51,113 nucleotides of DNA from Nemertoderma westbladi (lineage: Eukaryota; Animalia; Xenacoelomorpha), in assembly GCA_032718475.1 (NCBI GenBank), contig JAUCBJ010006392.1, positions 1 to 51,113 of the forward strand. The letters run 5' to 3'. The notes below the pieces were generated by a model, which ran no database searches, was not told the origin of the DNA, and saw only the letters and a program-made list of their open reading frames with translations. Each line of letters starts with the position of its first letter. Within the stretch, counting starts at the first letter, position 1. Below, one piece after another: positions 25,960 to 38,552 of the stretch. A program made the position numbers and the translations under genes.

Positions 25960-26912
25960 CCAGGTTCCTGATATTCTAGGTCAGTATCTTAAGGATCCTG
26001 AGATACTAAATCAGGATCCTGATATACTAAGTCAGTATCTCAAGATACTTTACTCAGGATCCTGATATACTAAGTTAGGATCCTGATATAGTAAGTCAGG
26101 ATCCTGACATACTAAATCAGGATCCTGAGACTGAGACATTAACTACGGATCCTGAGATACTAAGTCAGGATCCTGAGTACTAAATCAGGATCATGAGACT
26201 GAGACATTAACTACGGATCCTAAGATACTAAGTCAGTATCTTAAGATACTAAATCAGGATCCTCAGATACTAAGTCAGGATCCTGAGATAATAAATCAGG
26301 ATCCTGAGACTGGGACATTAACTCCGGATCCTGAGATACTAAAGTCAGTATCTTAAGATACTAAATCAGGATCCTCAGATACTAAGTCAGGATCCTGATA
26401 TACTAAATCAGGATCCTGAGGAGACACTAAATCAGGATCCTGAGATACTAAATCAGGATCCCTGAGATACTAAGTGAGGATTCTGAGATACTAAATCAGG
26501 ATCCTGAGACACTAACTCAGGATTCTGAGATACTAAATCAGGATCCCTGAGATACTGAGTGAGGATCATGAGATAGTAAGTCAAGATCCTGACATACTAA
26601 ATCAGGATCCTGAGACACTAACTCAGGATTCTGAGATACTAAATCAGGATCCCTGAGATACTGAGTGAGGATCATGAGATAGTAAGTCAAGATACTGACA
26701 TACTAAATCAGGATCCTGAGACACTAACTCAGGATTCTGAGATACTAAATCAGGATCCTGAGACACTAACTCAGGATCCTGCGATACTAAATTGGGATCC
26801 TGAGACATTAAGTCAGGATCCTGAGATACTAAATCAGGATCCTGAGACTGGGACATTAACTCCGGATCCTGAGACACTAAGTCAGTATCTCAAGATAGTT
26901 AACTCAGGATCC
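25960..26912. repeat. 21-bp-based degenerate minisatellite, about 45 units, with palindromic core TCAGGATCCTGA, filling TMF1 intron 3
   Basis: Recurrent actaaatcaggatcctgagat with 27-bp variants; begins about 22 nt after the exon 3 donor. Confidence 0.88.
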
Positions 26913-26935
26913 GTCCCCTCCCCGTTGCTGTTTAC

Positions 26936-27108
26936 CTCAACTGATGCTGTTGTTTAGATAACTTATCCCCCTCGACTCTCAGCTCCCCTATAACTTCATC
27001 TTTCTCCGTAATATGCGCCAACAGATTATCTATTTCCGTTTTGTTATCCAACTCTTCCCGGAGGGAGGCAACACTGCGGCTGAACAGATCCCGTTCTTTC
27101 GTTACATT
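26936..27108 (-). CDS. TMF1: TMF1 exon 3 (173 nt; NVTKERDLF...EKDEVIGELRVEGDKLSKQQHQL)
   Basis: Acceptor tttacattccAG and donor AG|GTAAAC (phase 2). Carries the TMF DNA-binding-domain motif EKDE.I..L..EG.KLSKQQ. Confidence 0.92.
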
Positions 27109-27240
27109 CTGGAATGTAAAATAATCCAGTAGGTGTTGTACATACACACGTACCGGTATACGAAGTTTTACATCTTGAAACAAATAAATGTTATATTAGT
27201 TCATAGCAATTTGTTAAACCCCCATTTAGACCACTCCTAC

Positions 27241-30200
27241 ACCTACCTACCTCTACTTGGGACTGCAACTCTGATATTCTAGTCTGCACGCGGCCTACCT
27301 ACCTACCTACCTACCTCCACTTGGGACTGCAACTCTGATATTCTAGTCTGCACGCGGCCTACCTACCTACCTACCTCTACTTGGGACTGCAACTCTGATA
27401 TTCTAGTCTGCACGCGGCCTACGTACCTACCTACATACCTCTACTTGGGACTGCAACTCCGATATTCTAGTCTGCACGCGGCCTACCTACCTACCTACCT
27501 CTACTTGGGACTGCAACTCTGATATTCTAGTCTGCACGCGGCCTACGTACCTACCTACCTACCTCTACTTGGGACTGCAACTCCGATATTCTAGTCTGCA
27601 CGCGGCCTACCTACCTACCTACCTACCTCTACTTGGGACTGCAACTCCGATATTCTAGTCTGCACGCGGCCTACGTACCTACATACCTCTACTTGGGACT
27701 GCAACTCTGATATTCTAGTCTGCACGCGGCCTACCTACCTACCTACCTACCTCTACTTGGGACTGCAACTCTGATATTCTAGTCTGCACGCGGCCTACGT
27801 ACCTACCTACCTACCTACCTACCTACCTACCTACCTACCTACCTACCTACCTACCTACCTACCTACCTACCTACCTACCTACCTACCTACCTACCTACCT
27901 ACCTACCTACCTACCTACCTCTACTTGGGACTGCAACTCCGATATTCTAGTCTGCACGCGGCCTACCTACCTACCTACCTACCTCTACTTGGGACTGCAA
28001 CTCTGATATTCTAGTCTGCACGCGGCCTACCTACCTACCTACCTCTACTTGGGACTGCAACTCTGATATTCTAGTCTGCACGCGACCTACCTACCTACCT
28101 ACCTACCTCTACTTGGGACTGCAACTCCGATATTCTAGTCTGCACGCGGCCTACCTACCTACCTACCTACCTACCTCTACTTGGGACTGCAACTCCGATA
28201 TTCTAGTCTGCACGCGACCTACCTACCTACCTACCTACCTCTACTTGGGACTGCAACTCCGATATTCTAGTCTGCACGCGGCCTACCTACCTACCTCTAC
28301 TTGGGACTGCAACTCCGATATTCTAGTCTGCACGCGACCTACCTACCTACCTACCTACCTCTACTTGGGACTGCAACTCCGATATTCTAGTCTGCACGCG
28401 GCCTACCTACCTACCTACCTACCTCTACTTGGGACTGCAACTCCGATATTCTAGTCTGCACGCGGCCTACCTACCTACCTACCTACCTCTACTTGGGACT
28501 GCAACTCCGATATTCTAGTCTGCACGCGACCTACCTACCTACCTACCTACCTCTACTTGGGACTGCAACTCTGATATTCTAGTCTGCACGCGGCCTACCT
28601 ACCTACCTACCTCTACTTGGGACTGCAACTCTGATATTCTAGTCTGCACGCGGCCTACCTACCTACCTACCTACCTACCTACCTCTACTTGGGACTGCAA
28701 CTCCGATATTCTAGTCTGCACGCGGCCTACCTACCTACCTACCTACCTACCTACCTACCTACCTACCTACCTACCTACCTACCTACCTACCTACCTACCT
28801 ACCTACCTACCTACCTACCTACCTACCTACCTACCTACCTACCTACCTACCTCTACTTGGTACTGCAACTCTGATATTCTAGTCTGCACGCGGCCTACCT
28901 ACCTACCTACCTCTACTTGGGACTGCAACTCTGATATTCTAGTCTGCACGCGGCCTACCTACCTACCTACCTACCTCTACTTGGGACTGCAACTCTGATA
29001 TTCTAGTCTGCACGCGGCCTACCTACCTACCTACCTCTACTTGGGACTGCAACTCTGATATTCTAGTCTGCACGCGGCCTACCTACCTACCTACCTACCT
29101 CTACTTGGGACTGCAACTCCGATATTCTAGTCTGCACGCGGCCTACGTACCTACCTACCTCTACTTGGGACTGCAACTCTGATATTCTAGTCTGCACGCG
29201 GCCTACCTACCTACCTAACTCTACTTGGGACTGCAACTCTGATATTCTAGTCTGCACGCGGCCTACGTACCTACCTACATACCTACCTACCTACTAGAGT
29301 TGAAACAGAGACCTGTCACTGATCTCTGATCTCTGGATTCTCCGGGCAGTTTTTTGGTCTCCGGATAGGTCTCTGGTTCCCGGGTATTGAAAACAGTTAT
29401 TTTACCCAGAGATCAGTGATTTTACAAATTAGAAATAGATATTTAAAAATAGATCCTGTACAACACAAAATGTGAAATGAGGATAATTTTTCACAAATTT
29501 TTTACAATTAATTATTACTTTAATTTTTTATTATTTTTCATACACCACTTCAACACAATTCACTTCTACACTTTTACACTATTTCTAATAAATGTACCGA
29601 TAATCTTCTATTTAATTAATTTAAGGTGCGTTTAATTTTAAGTTAAATTAGCACCTAAAGATGGTTCTTATTTAAGGATAAGGGTGCTTAATTTGAGCAC
29701 TCATAATGTTTAAAAGTGAAAGAAAGGGCTGTTCTCCATTCAATTTGTTATAGGATAGATAATATGACTACCAAATGGAGAGAACGAGCGTAACGGTAAC
29801 GATGCTTGTAAATGGGGCGAGTAGAGTACTATACCTGGGTGCACTAAGTATTCGTAAATGACTATATGACTATGTATATTGAAATGTACATGATTTGAAG
29901 TTGAACAATGGTAAAATAAGTGCCTTTAATTAGCAAAGTACCGATACCTATGGCGCAAAACAAATTTATGTAACATATTATTAATTAAAAATAACAAAAT
30001 AAGAACGAATTAATAAACAAATAATCAAATTAATATTAATTAAGCCCCCCAAACTGTATACGTGCGCTTATTTTCTTACAATGGGTAAGGGTTGACATGG
30101 GTTGGATTTACTTTACTGTAATTGTAATTGAACCATAGAAAAATAGTTATAAGGCCGTTTGTACCTGTTTGTGATATAGGGGAGTAATAAAATTGTAAGT

Positions 30201-33200
30201 AGAAAAATAAGCAAAGTCTCTGATCTCCGGCTCTGGTCTCCGGTATTTTTCAAAATAATTCTCCGGGTAGGTCTCTGGTTCACCGGGATTAAGAAAAACA
30301 GGTCTCTGTTTCAACTCTACTACCTACCTACCTACCTACCTCTACTTGGGACTGCAACTCTGATATTCTAGTCTGCACGCGGCCTACCTACCTACCTCTA
30401 CTTGGGACTGCAACTCTGATATTCTAGTCTGCACGCGGCCTACCTACCTACCTACCTCTACTTGGGACTGCAACTCTGATATTCTAGTCTGCACGCGGCC
30501 TACCTACCTACCTACCTACCTACCTCTACTTGGGACTGCAACTCCGATATTCTAGTCTGCACGCGACCTACCTACCTACCTACCTCTACTTGGGACTGCA
30601 ACTCTGATATTCTAGTCTGCACGCGGCCTACCTACCTACCTACCTCTACTTGGGACTGCAACTCTGATATTCTAGTCTGCACGCGGCCTACGTACCTACC
30701 TACATACCTCTACTTGGGACTGCAACTCCGATATTCTAGTCTGCACGCGGCCTACCTACCTACCTACCTCTACTTGGGACTGCAACTCTGATATTCTAGT
30801 CTGCACGCGGCCTACGTACCTACCTACATACCTCTACTTGGGACTGCAACTCCGATATTCTAGTCTGCACGCGGCCTACCTACCTACCTACCTACCTCTA
30901 CTTGGGACTGCAACTCCGATATTCTAGTCTGCACGCGGCCTACCTCTACCTACCTCTACTTGGGACTGCAACTCTGATATTCTAGTCTGCACGCGGCCTA
31001 CCTACCTACCTACCTCTACTTGGGACTGCAACTCTGATATTCTAGTCTGCACGCGACCTACCTACCTACCTACCTACCTCTACTTGGGACTGCAACTCTG
31101 ATATTCTAGTCTGCACGCGGCCTACCTACCTACCTACCTCTACTTGGGACTGCAACTCCGATATTCTAGTCTGCACGCGACCTACCTACCTACCTCTACT
31201 TGGGACTGCAACTCTGATATTCTAGTCTGCACGCGGCCTACCTACCTACCTACCTCTACTTGGGACTGCAACTCTGATATTCTAGTCTGCACGCGGCCTA
31301 CCTACCTACCTACCTCTACTTGGGACTGCAACTCTGATATTCTAGTCTGCACGCGGCCTACCTACCTACCTACCTACTTGGGACTGCAACTCTGATATTC
31401 TAGTCTGCACGCGGCCTACCTACCTACCTACCTCTACTTGGGACTGCAACTCTGATATTCTAGTCTGCACGCGGACCTACCTACCTACCTACCTCTACTT
31501 GGGACTGCAACTCTGATATTCTAGTCTGCACGCGGCCTACCTACCTACCTACCTCTACTTGGGACTGCAACTCTGATATTCTAGTCTGCACGCGGCCTAC
31601 CTACCTACCTACCTACCTCTACTTGGGACTGCAACTCTGATATTCTAGTCTGCACGCGGCCTACCTACCTACCTACCTCTACTTGGGACTGCAACTCTGA
31701 TATTCTAGTCTGCACGCGGCCTACCTACCTACCTACCTCTACTTGGGACTGCAACTCTGATATTCTAGTCTGCACGCGGCCTACCTACCTACCTACCTCT
31801 ACTTGGGACTGCAACTCTGATATTCTAGTCTGCACGCGGCCTACTACCTACCTACCTACCTCTACTTGGGACTGCAACTCTGATATTCTAGTCTGCACGC
31901 GGCCTACCTACCTACCTACCTCTACTTGGGACTGCAACTCTGATATTCTAGTCTGCACGCGGCCTACCTACCTACCTACCTCTACTTGGGACTGCAACTC
32001 TGATATTCTAGTCTGCACGCGGCCTACCTACCTACCTACCTACCTCTACTTGGGACTGCAACTCTGATATTCTAGTCTGCACGCGGCCTACCTACCTACC
32101 TACCTACCTCTACTTGGGACTGCAACTCTGATATTCTAGTCTGCACGCGGCCTACCTACCTACCTACCTCTACTTGGGACTGCAACTCTGATATTCTAGT
32201 CTGCACGCGGCCTACCTACCTACCTACCTACCTCTACTTGGGACTGCAACTCTGATATTCTAGTCTGCACGCGGCCTACCTACCTACCTACCTCTACTTG
32301 GGACTGCAACTCTGATATTCTAGTCTGCACGCGGCCTACCTACCTACCTACCTCTACTTGGGACTGCAACTCTGATATTCTAGTCTGCACGCGGCCTACC
32401 TACCTACCTACCTACCTCTACTTGGGACTGCAACTCTGATATTCTAGTCTGCACGCGGCCTACCTACCTACCTACCTCTACTTGGGACTGCAACTCTGAT
32501 ATTCTAGTCTGCACGCGGCCTACCTACCTACCTACCTACCTCTACTTGGGACTGCAACTCTGATATTCTAGTCTGCACGCGGCCTACCTACCTACCTACC
32601 TCTACTTGGGACTGCAACTCTGATATTCTAGTCTGCACGCGGCCTACCTACCTACCTACCTCTACTTGGGACTGCAACTCTGATATTCTAGTCTGCACGC
32701 GGCCTACCTACCTACCTACCTCTACTTGGGACTGCAACTCTGATATTCTAGTCTGCACGCGGCCTACCTACCTACCTACCTCTACTTGGGACTGCAACTC
32801 TGATATTCTAGTCTGCACGCGGCCTACCTACCTACCTACCTACCTCTACTTGGGACTGCAACTCTGATATTCTAGTCTGCACGCGGCCTACCTACCTACC
32901 TACCTCTACTTGGGACTGCAACTCTGATATTCTAGTCTGCACGCGGCCTACCTACCTACCTACCTCTACTTGGGACTGCAACTCTGATATTCTAGTCTGC
33001 ACGCGGCCTACCTACCTACCTACCTCTACTTGGGACTGCAACTCTGATATTCTAGTCTGCACGCGGCCTACCTACCTACCTACCTCTACTTGGGACTGCA
33101 ACTCTGATATTCTAGTCTGCACGCGGCCTACCTACCTACCTACCTCTACTTGGGACTGCAACTCTGATATTCTAGTCTGCACGCGGCCTACCTACCTACC

Positions 33201-34853
33201 TACCTCTACTTGGGACTGCAACTCTGATATTCTAGTCTGCACGCGGCCTACCTACCTACCTACCTCTACTTGGGACTGCAACTCTGATATTCTAGTCTGC
33301 ACGCGGCCTACTACCTACCTACCTACCTCTACTTGGGACTGCAACTCTGATATTCTAGTCTGCACGCGGCCGTACCTACCTACCTACCTCTACTTGGGAC
33401 TGCAACTCTGATATTCTAGTCTGCACGCGGCCTACCTACCTACCTACCTCTACTTGGGACTGCAACTCTGATATTCTAGTCTGCACGCGGCCTACCTACC
33501 TACCTACCTCTACTTGGGACTGCAACTCTGATATTCTAGTCTGCACGCGGCCTACGTACCTACCTACATACCTCTACTTGGGACTGCAACTCTGATATTC
33601 TAGTCTGCACGCGGCCTACCTACCTACCTACCTCTACTTGGGACTGCAACTCTGATATTCTAGTCTGCACGCGGCCTACCTACCTACCTACCTCTACTTG
33701 GGACTGCAACTCTGATATTCTAGTCTGCACGCGGCCTACGTACCTACCTACATACCTCTACTTGGGACTGCAACTCTGATATTCTAGTCTGCACGCGGCC
33801 TACCTACCTACCTACCTCTACTTGGGACTGCAACTCTGATATTCTAGTCTGCACGCGGCCTACCTACCTACCTACCTCTACTTGGGACTGCAACTCTGAT
33901 ATTCTAGTCTGCACGCGGCCTACGTACCTACCTACATACCTCTACTTGGGACTGCAACTCTGATATTCTAGTCTGCACGCGGCCTACCTACCTACCTACC
34001 TCTACTTGGGACTGCAACTCTGATATTCTAGTCTGCACGCGGCCTACCTACCTACCTACCTCTACTTGGGACTGCAACTCTGATATTCTAGTCTGCACGC
34101 GGCCTACGTACCTACCTACATACCTCTACTTGGGACTGCAACTCTGATATTCTAGTCTGCACGCGGCCTACCTACCTACCTACCTCTACTTGGGACTGCA
34201 ACTCTGATATTCTAGTCTGCACGCGGCCTACCTACCTACCTCTACTTGGGACTGCAACTCTGATATTCTAGTCTGCACGCGGCCTACCTACCTACCTACC
34301 TACCTACCTCTACTTGGGACTGCAACTCCGATATTCTAGTCTGCACGCGGCCTACCTACCTACCTACCTACCTACCTCTACTTGGGACTGCAACTCCGAT
34401 ATTCTAGTCTGCACGCGGCTTACCTACCTACCTACCTCTACTTGGGACTGCAACTCTGATATTCTAGTCTGCACGCGGCCTACCTACCTACCTACCTACC
34501 TCTACTTGGGACTGCAACTCTGATATTCTAGTCTGCACGCGGCCTACCTACCTACCTACCTACCTCTACTTGGGACTGCAACTCTGATATTCTAGTCTGC
34601 ACGCGGCCTACCTACCTACCAACCTACCTCTACTTGGGACTGCAACTCTGATATTCTAGTCTGCACGCGGCCTACCTACCTACCTACCTACCTCTACTTG
34701 GGACTGCAACTCTGATATTCTAGTCTGCACGCGGCCTACCTACCTACCAACCTACCTCTACTTGGGACTGCAACTCTGATATTCTAGTCTGCACGCGGCC
34801 TACCTACCTACCTACCTCTACTTGGGACTGCAACTCTGATATTCTAGTCTGCA
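27241..34853 (-). repeat. ~60-bp (56-68) tandem array, about 100 copies, made of the TMF1 exon 2 3' end + donor + (GTAG)n spacer; interrupted by a hAT-like element
   Basis: Minus-strand unit gtaggtaggtaggtaggccgcg-tgcagactagaatatcagagttgcagtcccaagtagag; its last 38 nt are identical to the end of exon 2. Confidence 0.95.
29295..30319. mobile_element. Non-autonomous hAT-like element inserted in the intron 2 satellite
   Basis: Perfect 21-bp TIR TAGAGTTGAAACAGAGACCTG / CAGGTCTCTGTTTCAACTCTA flanked by CTACCTAC on both sides. TSD length is ambiguous inside the CTAC run. Confidence 0.9.
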
Positions 34854-34944
34854 TTCCGTTTACAGTCACATTTAGGGTCGTTGTTTCCGAAATCCGAGAT
34901 AGTTCTCTGTCCGAAAGTTCTCGACGTAAATCTTCTATTGTTTC
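34816..34944 (-). CDS. TMF1: TMF1 exon 2 (129 nt; ETIEDLRRELSDRE...MQTRISELQSQVE)
   Basis: Acceptor tttattacAG and donor GAG|GTAGGT, phase 0/0. The coiled-coil peptide is collinear with the TMF1 segment preceding KERD. Not in the ORF track. Confidence 0.88.
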
Positions 34945-35802
34945 CTGTAATAAAGTAGAAGTTACAATAATAATACAAAATTATATAGTCCCAGCACGCT
35001 TTTAAAAAGAGGAAACATATTAAATATCTACAATAAAAACTAACAGAATTGAAATGTTAATAGTTCGTATTATTTTCATTATCATATTTAAAATCATTAA
35101 AAATTGTTTTTTGTGAATAAAAACCATTTCACATGTGGGTTGGAAGTATACCAGACATGAAGCGAGTTTGAAAACAAACGCCTTCACGCCCACGGGCTTT
35201 CAATAAAAACTGTACCACGTAACGAACCTAGTAAATTACTTATACGAAAACGGCTTGGCAACCACCCGTGTGGTCAATCTCAGTGTCTAACATGCCCAGT
35301 GATTAACGACCTCTGACACACACCATGGGGAGACCGTATTCGAGGCCGGTTCAACTGTAAGTCCCATAATGTTTTATACATAATAACTTGTAATGAACAC
35401 CCGACCCAGTACTACCTCGGCCGAACTGAGCAGCACCTCCACAAACGACTCAACAAGCACCGGGAGGATATCCAAGAATATCGGAAGTCCCTAACTGCCC
35501 CTCCTAAACCCAACAAACCGAACGTGGTGACCAGCAACCCAGAAGTCATCCTTCTGGAACACTTCGCCCAGTGTCGGAAATATACTGTTACGTGCGTACA
35601 GAAATTCCGTAATCACCACCGGCGTATTCACACCGAAGCCATCCTTATTAATTTACACCGCCCTCCCCTCAACAAAGTTATTCCACCACTGTACTAAACC
35701 ATTCTGCTTTTTGCAACTCGATTCACTTTGTTTAACACTTTGACTGTCCATTTTATATTGATAACAATAGCGTACCTTCAATGGTGGTGTTATATTATAT
35801 AT

Positions 35803-36283
35803 TTTATTATTGTATGCGGCTCGTTCTAACAGCTGCTAGACCTGCAGTAATTTATTCCAGCATTGTGGAGTCATCTATCAACTTTATTATTGTATGCGGC
35901 TCGTTCCAACAGCTGATAGACCTGCAGTAATTTATTCCAGCATTGTGGAGTCATCTATCAACTTTATTATTGTATGCGGCTCGTTCCAACAGCTGATAGA
36001 CCTGCAGTAATTTATTCCAGCATTGTGGAGTCATCTATCAACTTTATTATTGTATGCGGCTCGTTCCAACAGCTGATAGACCTGCAGTAATTTATTCCAG
36101 CATTGTGGAGTCATCTATCAACTTTATTATTGTATGCGGCTCGTTCCAACAGCTGATAGACCTGCAGTAATTTATTCCAGCATTGTGGAGTCATCTATCA
36201 ACTTTATTATTGTATGCGGCTCGTTCCAACAGCTGATAGACCTGCAGTAATTTATTCTAGCATTGTGGTGTCATCTATCAACT
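35803..36283 (+). repeat. 80-bp tandem repeat x6 in the Penelope-like 3' region
   Basis: Period of 80 (35881, 35961, 36041, 36121, 36201); near-identical copies. Confidence 0.93.
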
Positions 36284-36759
36284 TGATCTCATTTTATGAA
36301 TTTTATCGATTATCTGCTCATGTTTTAAATAATTTAATTTTATTTCATTTCAACTTTATTTCATTTTATTTAATTGTATCTTCCTAGCCATCCATACCTA
36401 AATCGCCCTATATCTTTTTATTTATTTTAACTTAATCAATTGTATCTACATAGCCTTAGCCACACTTCGCATTTTATCAATTGTTCATCCGAAAAGTATC
36501 ACACAATTATATTTTTAACTTTATTTTACTTACCTATTTTAATTTAATTTATCCTCCATGTCAGCCTAATCTCTCTTCTTACCACTGCTCATAATTTTAT
36601 TTATTTTAATTATTTAATTGTACCCTCGTAACCAGGCATATACTGTACGATAGCCCCGTATAAATTAGTATCTTTTACAGTATATTATTCAATAAAATTT
36701 AACCGCGTAAGTACATATTTTAATATGTAAATTATGTAAACAATTTAATATATATTTAT

Positions 36760-36801
36760 ATCACTGAAGACGTGTGTTAATACATGAAATGGCCATATGA
36801 T
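36760..36801 (+). ncRNA. Minimal type I hammerhead ribozyme-like motif
   Basis: atca-CTGAAGA-c-gtgtg(ttaa)tacat-GAAA-tggcca-TA-tgat: both core boxes, stem I atca/tgat, wobble stem II and palindromic stem III, as is typical of Penelope-like elements. Confidence 0.62.
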
Positions 36802-37862
36802 TAAAGGAATTTGTTTTACTTAGAATCGTGGCTTAGACCCTTACAACACCAATATAACTCGATTTTAAGACATTCTGATGTTATATTTGACTTTGCAGTT
36901 CACCCCCCCCCCCCCCCCCCCCCCCCCATTTGAAGAACACCAGACATTCTGCTGTTATATTTCACTTTGCAGTTTAACCTCATATGAAGTATAACAGACT
37001 TTCTGCTGTTTTTTCAGTAGGTACCTGTTGGAGACCAGAATAATATTTCTACCACTTGGGCTGTTACTGAAAAGACACTACCAGATGACCACTACCAAAA
37101 TCAACATTGATAATGTTTTTGGCATTATCTTCCTCTTTTACTTAGATAGTAAAAGCCATTGATACAGTACACTGAGTCAGCTTTTGTGCTATTAAGTCAG
37201 CATTTCTACAGGGTGAAAAAATTTCTCGCGATGTTTTTCTAAAACCACCAGAGGAAGCCTTTTTTTATGGACTGAATGATCTGAGGAATTGGTACCAGTA
37301 CTTTTCAGTCAAACATGAACGTTTGGGATGTGGGATATGTAAATATGATAGTACAATGTTTACATGGTACTTCAAGAATGAGCTCCAGGGTTTGTTCATG
37401 CTCCATGTTGATGATGTCCTTTATTCTGGAACATAATATTTTGAGAAATTTGTTATTGCGCTGTTCAAATAATCATTCAAAGGTGGTAGATCAGAGGATG
37501 GTAACATGAAATAATTTGGCCTGTTTATTGAACAAGAGAAAGACATTATTGTCAACCAAAGGTCATATATATTGTGAGAGTTTACAATCAATGCCTATTC
37601 GACCTATTGGAAAGTCTCATGAGCTTAGTAAAAAAGAAGTCACATTTGAGTGACACATTTGAAAAAGAGCAATAAAATGATATCAAGCATGCATTTCCGA
37701 ATCTAGGAATAACGTCTGATTGGCATTGGAAAGTATATAGTGATGCATCCTATGCTATCTTGCCTGATGATACCTCTAGTGCAGAGGGTTATATCATTTT
37801 CTTGTGTGGATCCAACAATCATTGTTCTTCAATTACTTGGGGGAAGCAAGAAGATTCGTCGT

Positions 37863-38552
37863 CGCCTGGAGCAGCGGTATCGACTCAAGAAGCTGCACTA
37901 CGGTACTGTATGCGAGGACCGGAGGATGGCCTTCACCCCCTTGGTCGGTACCACCGACGGTGTCTGGTGCGCTGATGCCCAGATCCTAATCCACCATCTT
38001 GCTGAGACCCTTGTGGCGATGCGAGATGGTATGCGAGAGAGGGGCCTGGCATGGGTGTTGGGGGGTATTCACCGGAGTTTGCAATTCGAACTCCTCCAGT
38101 CCAGCTCCCTCTGCCTCCGTGGTGGTCGGAGTCCAGTGCATAATCTTGTACTTTGGCAGCCTCATGGAGTGAATAAGCATGGTGGACAGCCCATTACTTT
38201 CTTGAGTCGAATCTTAAAGGACACTGGCCTTAAAGATGTGGATGATCTAGCAAATGTCATGGGTGATAGGGAGTTGTGGCGGTGCAATTTTGTTGACAAG
38301 CCGGCACAGCATTCTTAAAAATGCAGCTGCAATGCAGCATGCCGATCCTAGTAGTAGTAGTGGTGGTCGGTGATCCTGGCGATGATTGGGTTTTGGGGAT
38401 GGTGCTGGTGCTGGAATCCATGGAGTTGGACTAGTGGCACAATATTAAAACTTATAGGGCCACTTCTGTACCCATCAATAAATTGTGAACTGATTTTATT
38501 TTGTGCCAATAATTTGAGATATATTATAATTTATGTATACATATTATACTTT
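37863..38552 (+). mobile_element. 3' end of a CRE-like (restriction-like endonuclease) non-LTR element inserted in Copia RNase H
   Basis: KKLHYGTVC..FTPLVGTTDGVW..HLAETL..SLQFELLQSSSLCLRGGR..LGFGDGAG; flanked by a ~16-bp direct repeat caagaaga(t/a)tcgtcgt (about 37847-37862, 38553-38568). Confidence 0.72.
38130..38359 (+). mobile_element. 5'-truncated RTE 3' end with (TAG)n tail and 11-bp TSD GTGGTGGTCGG
   Basis: PVHNLVLW..GDRELWRCNFV matches the RTE copy at about 5970-6150; TSD at 38119-38129 and 38360-38370. Confidence 0.85.

Larger units (their letters stand above)
35140..36810 (+). mobile_element. Penelope-like element 3' remnant (Neptune-type Cys linker + GIY-YIG endonuclease, disrupted)
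   Basis: PCGQSQCLTCP..*..RFNCKSHNVLYIITCNEHPTQYYLGRTEQHLHKRLNKHR..EHF..TEAILINLHRPPLN (about 35260-35697), followed by an AT-rich UTR and a hammerhead-like motif. Boundaries are approximate. Confidence 0.82.

Noticed and set aside
26644-26877. ORF (SQDPDLV)n as a possible extra TMF1 exon
   Set aside because: Exons 3 and 4 already join in phase and collinearly with TMF1; the ORF is a translation of the 21-bp repeat.
27241-34853. Repeat-spacer appearance resembling a CRISPR array
   Set aside because: The spacers are only (CTAC)n length variants, the context is eukaryotic, there are no cas genes, and the constant part is a copy of a host exon.
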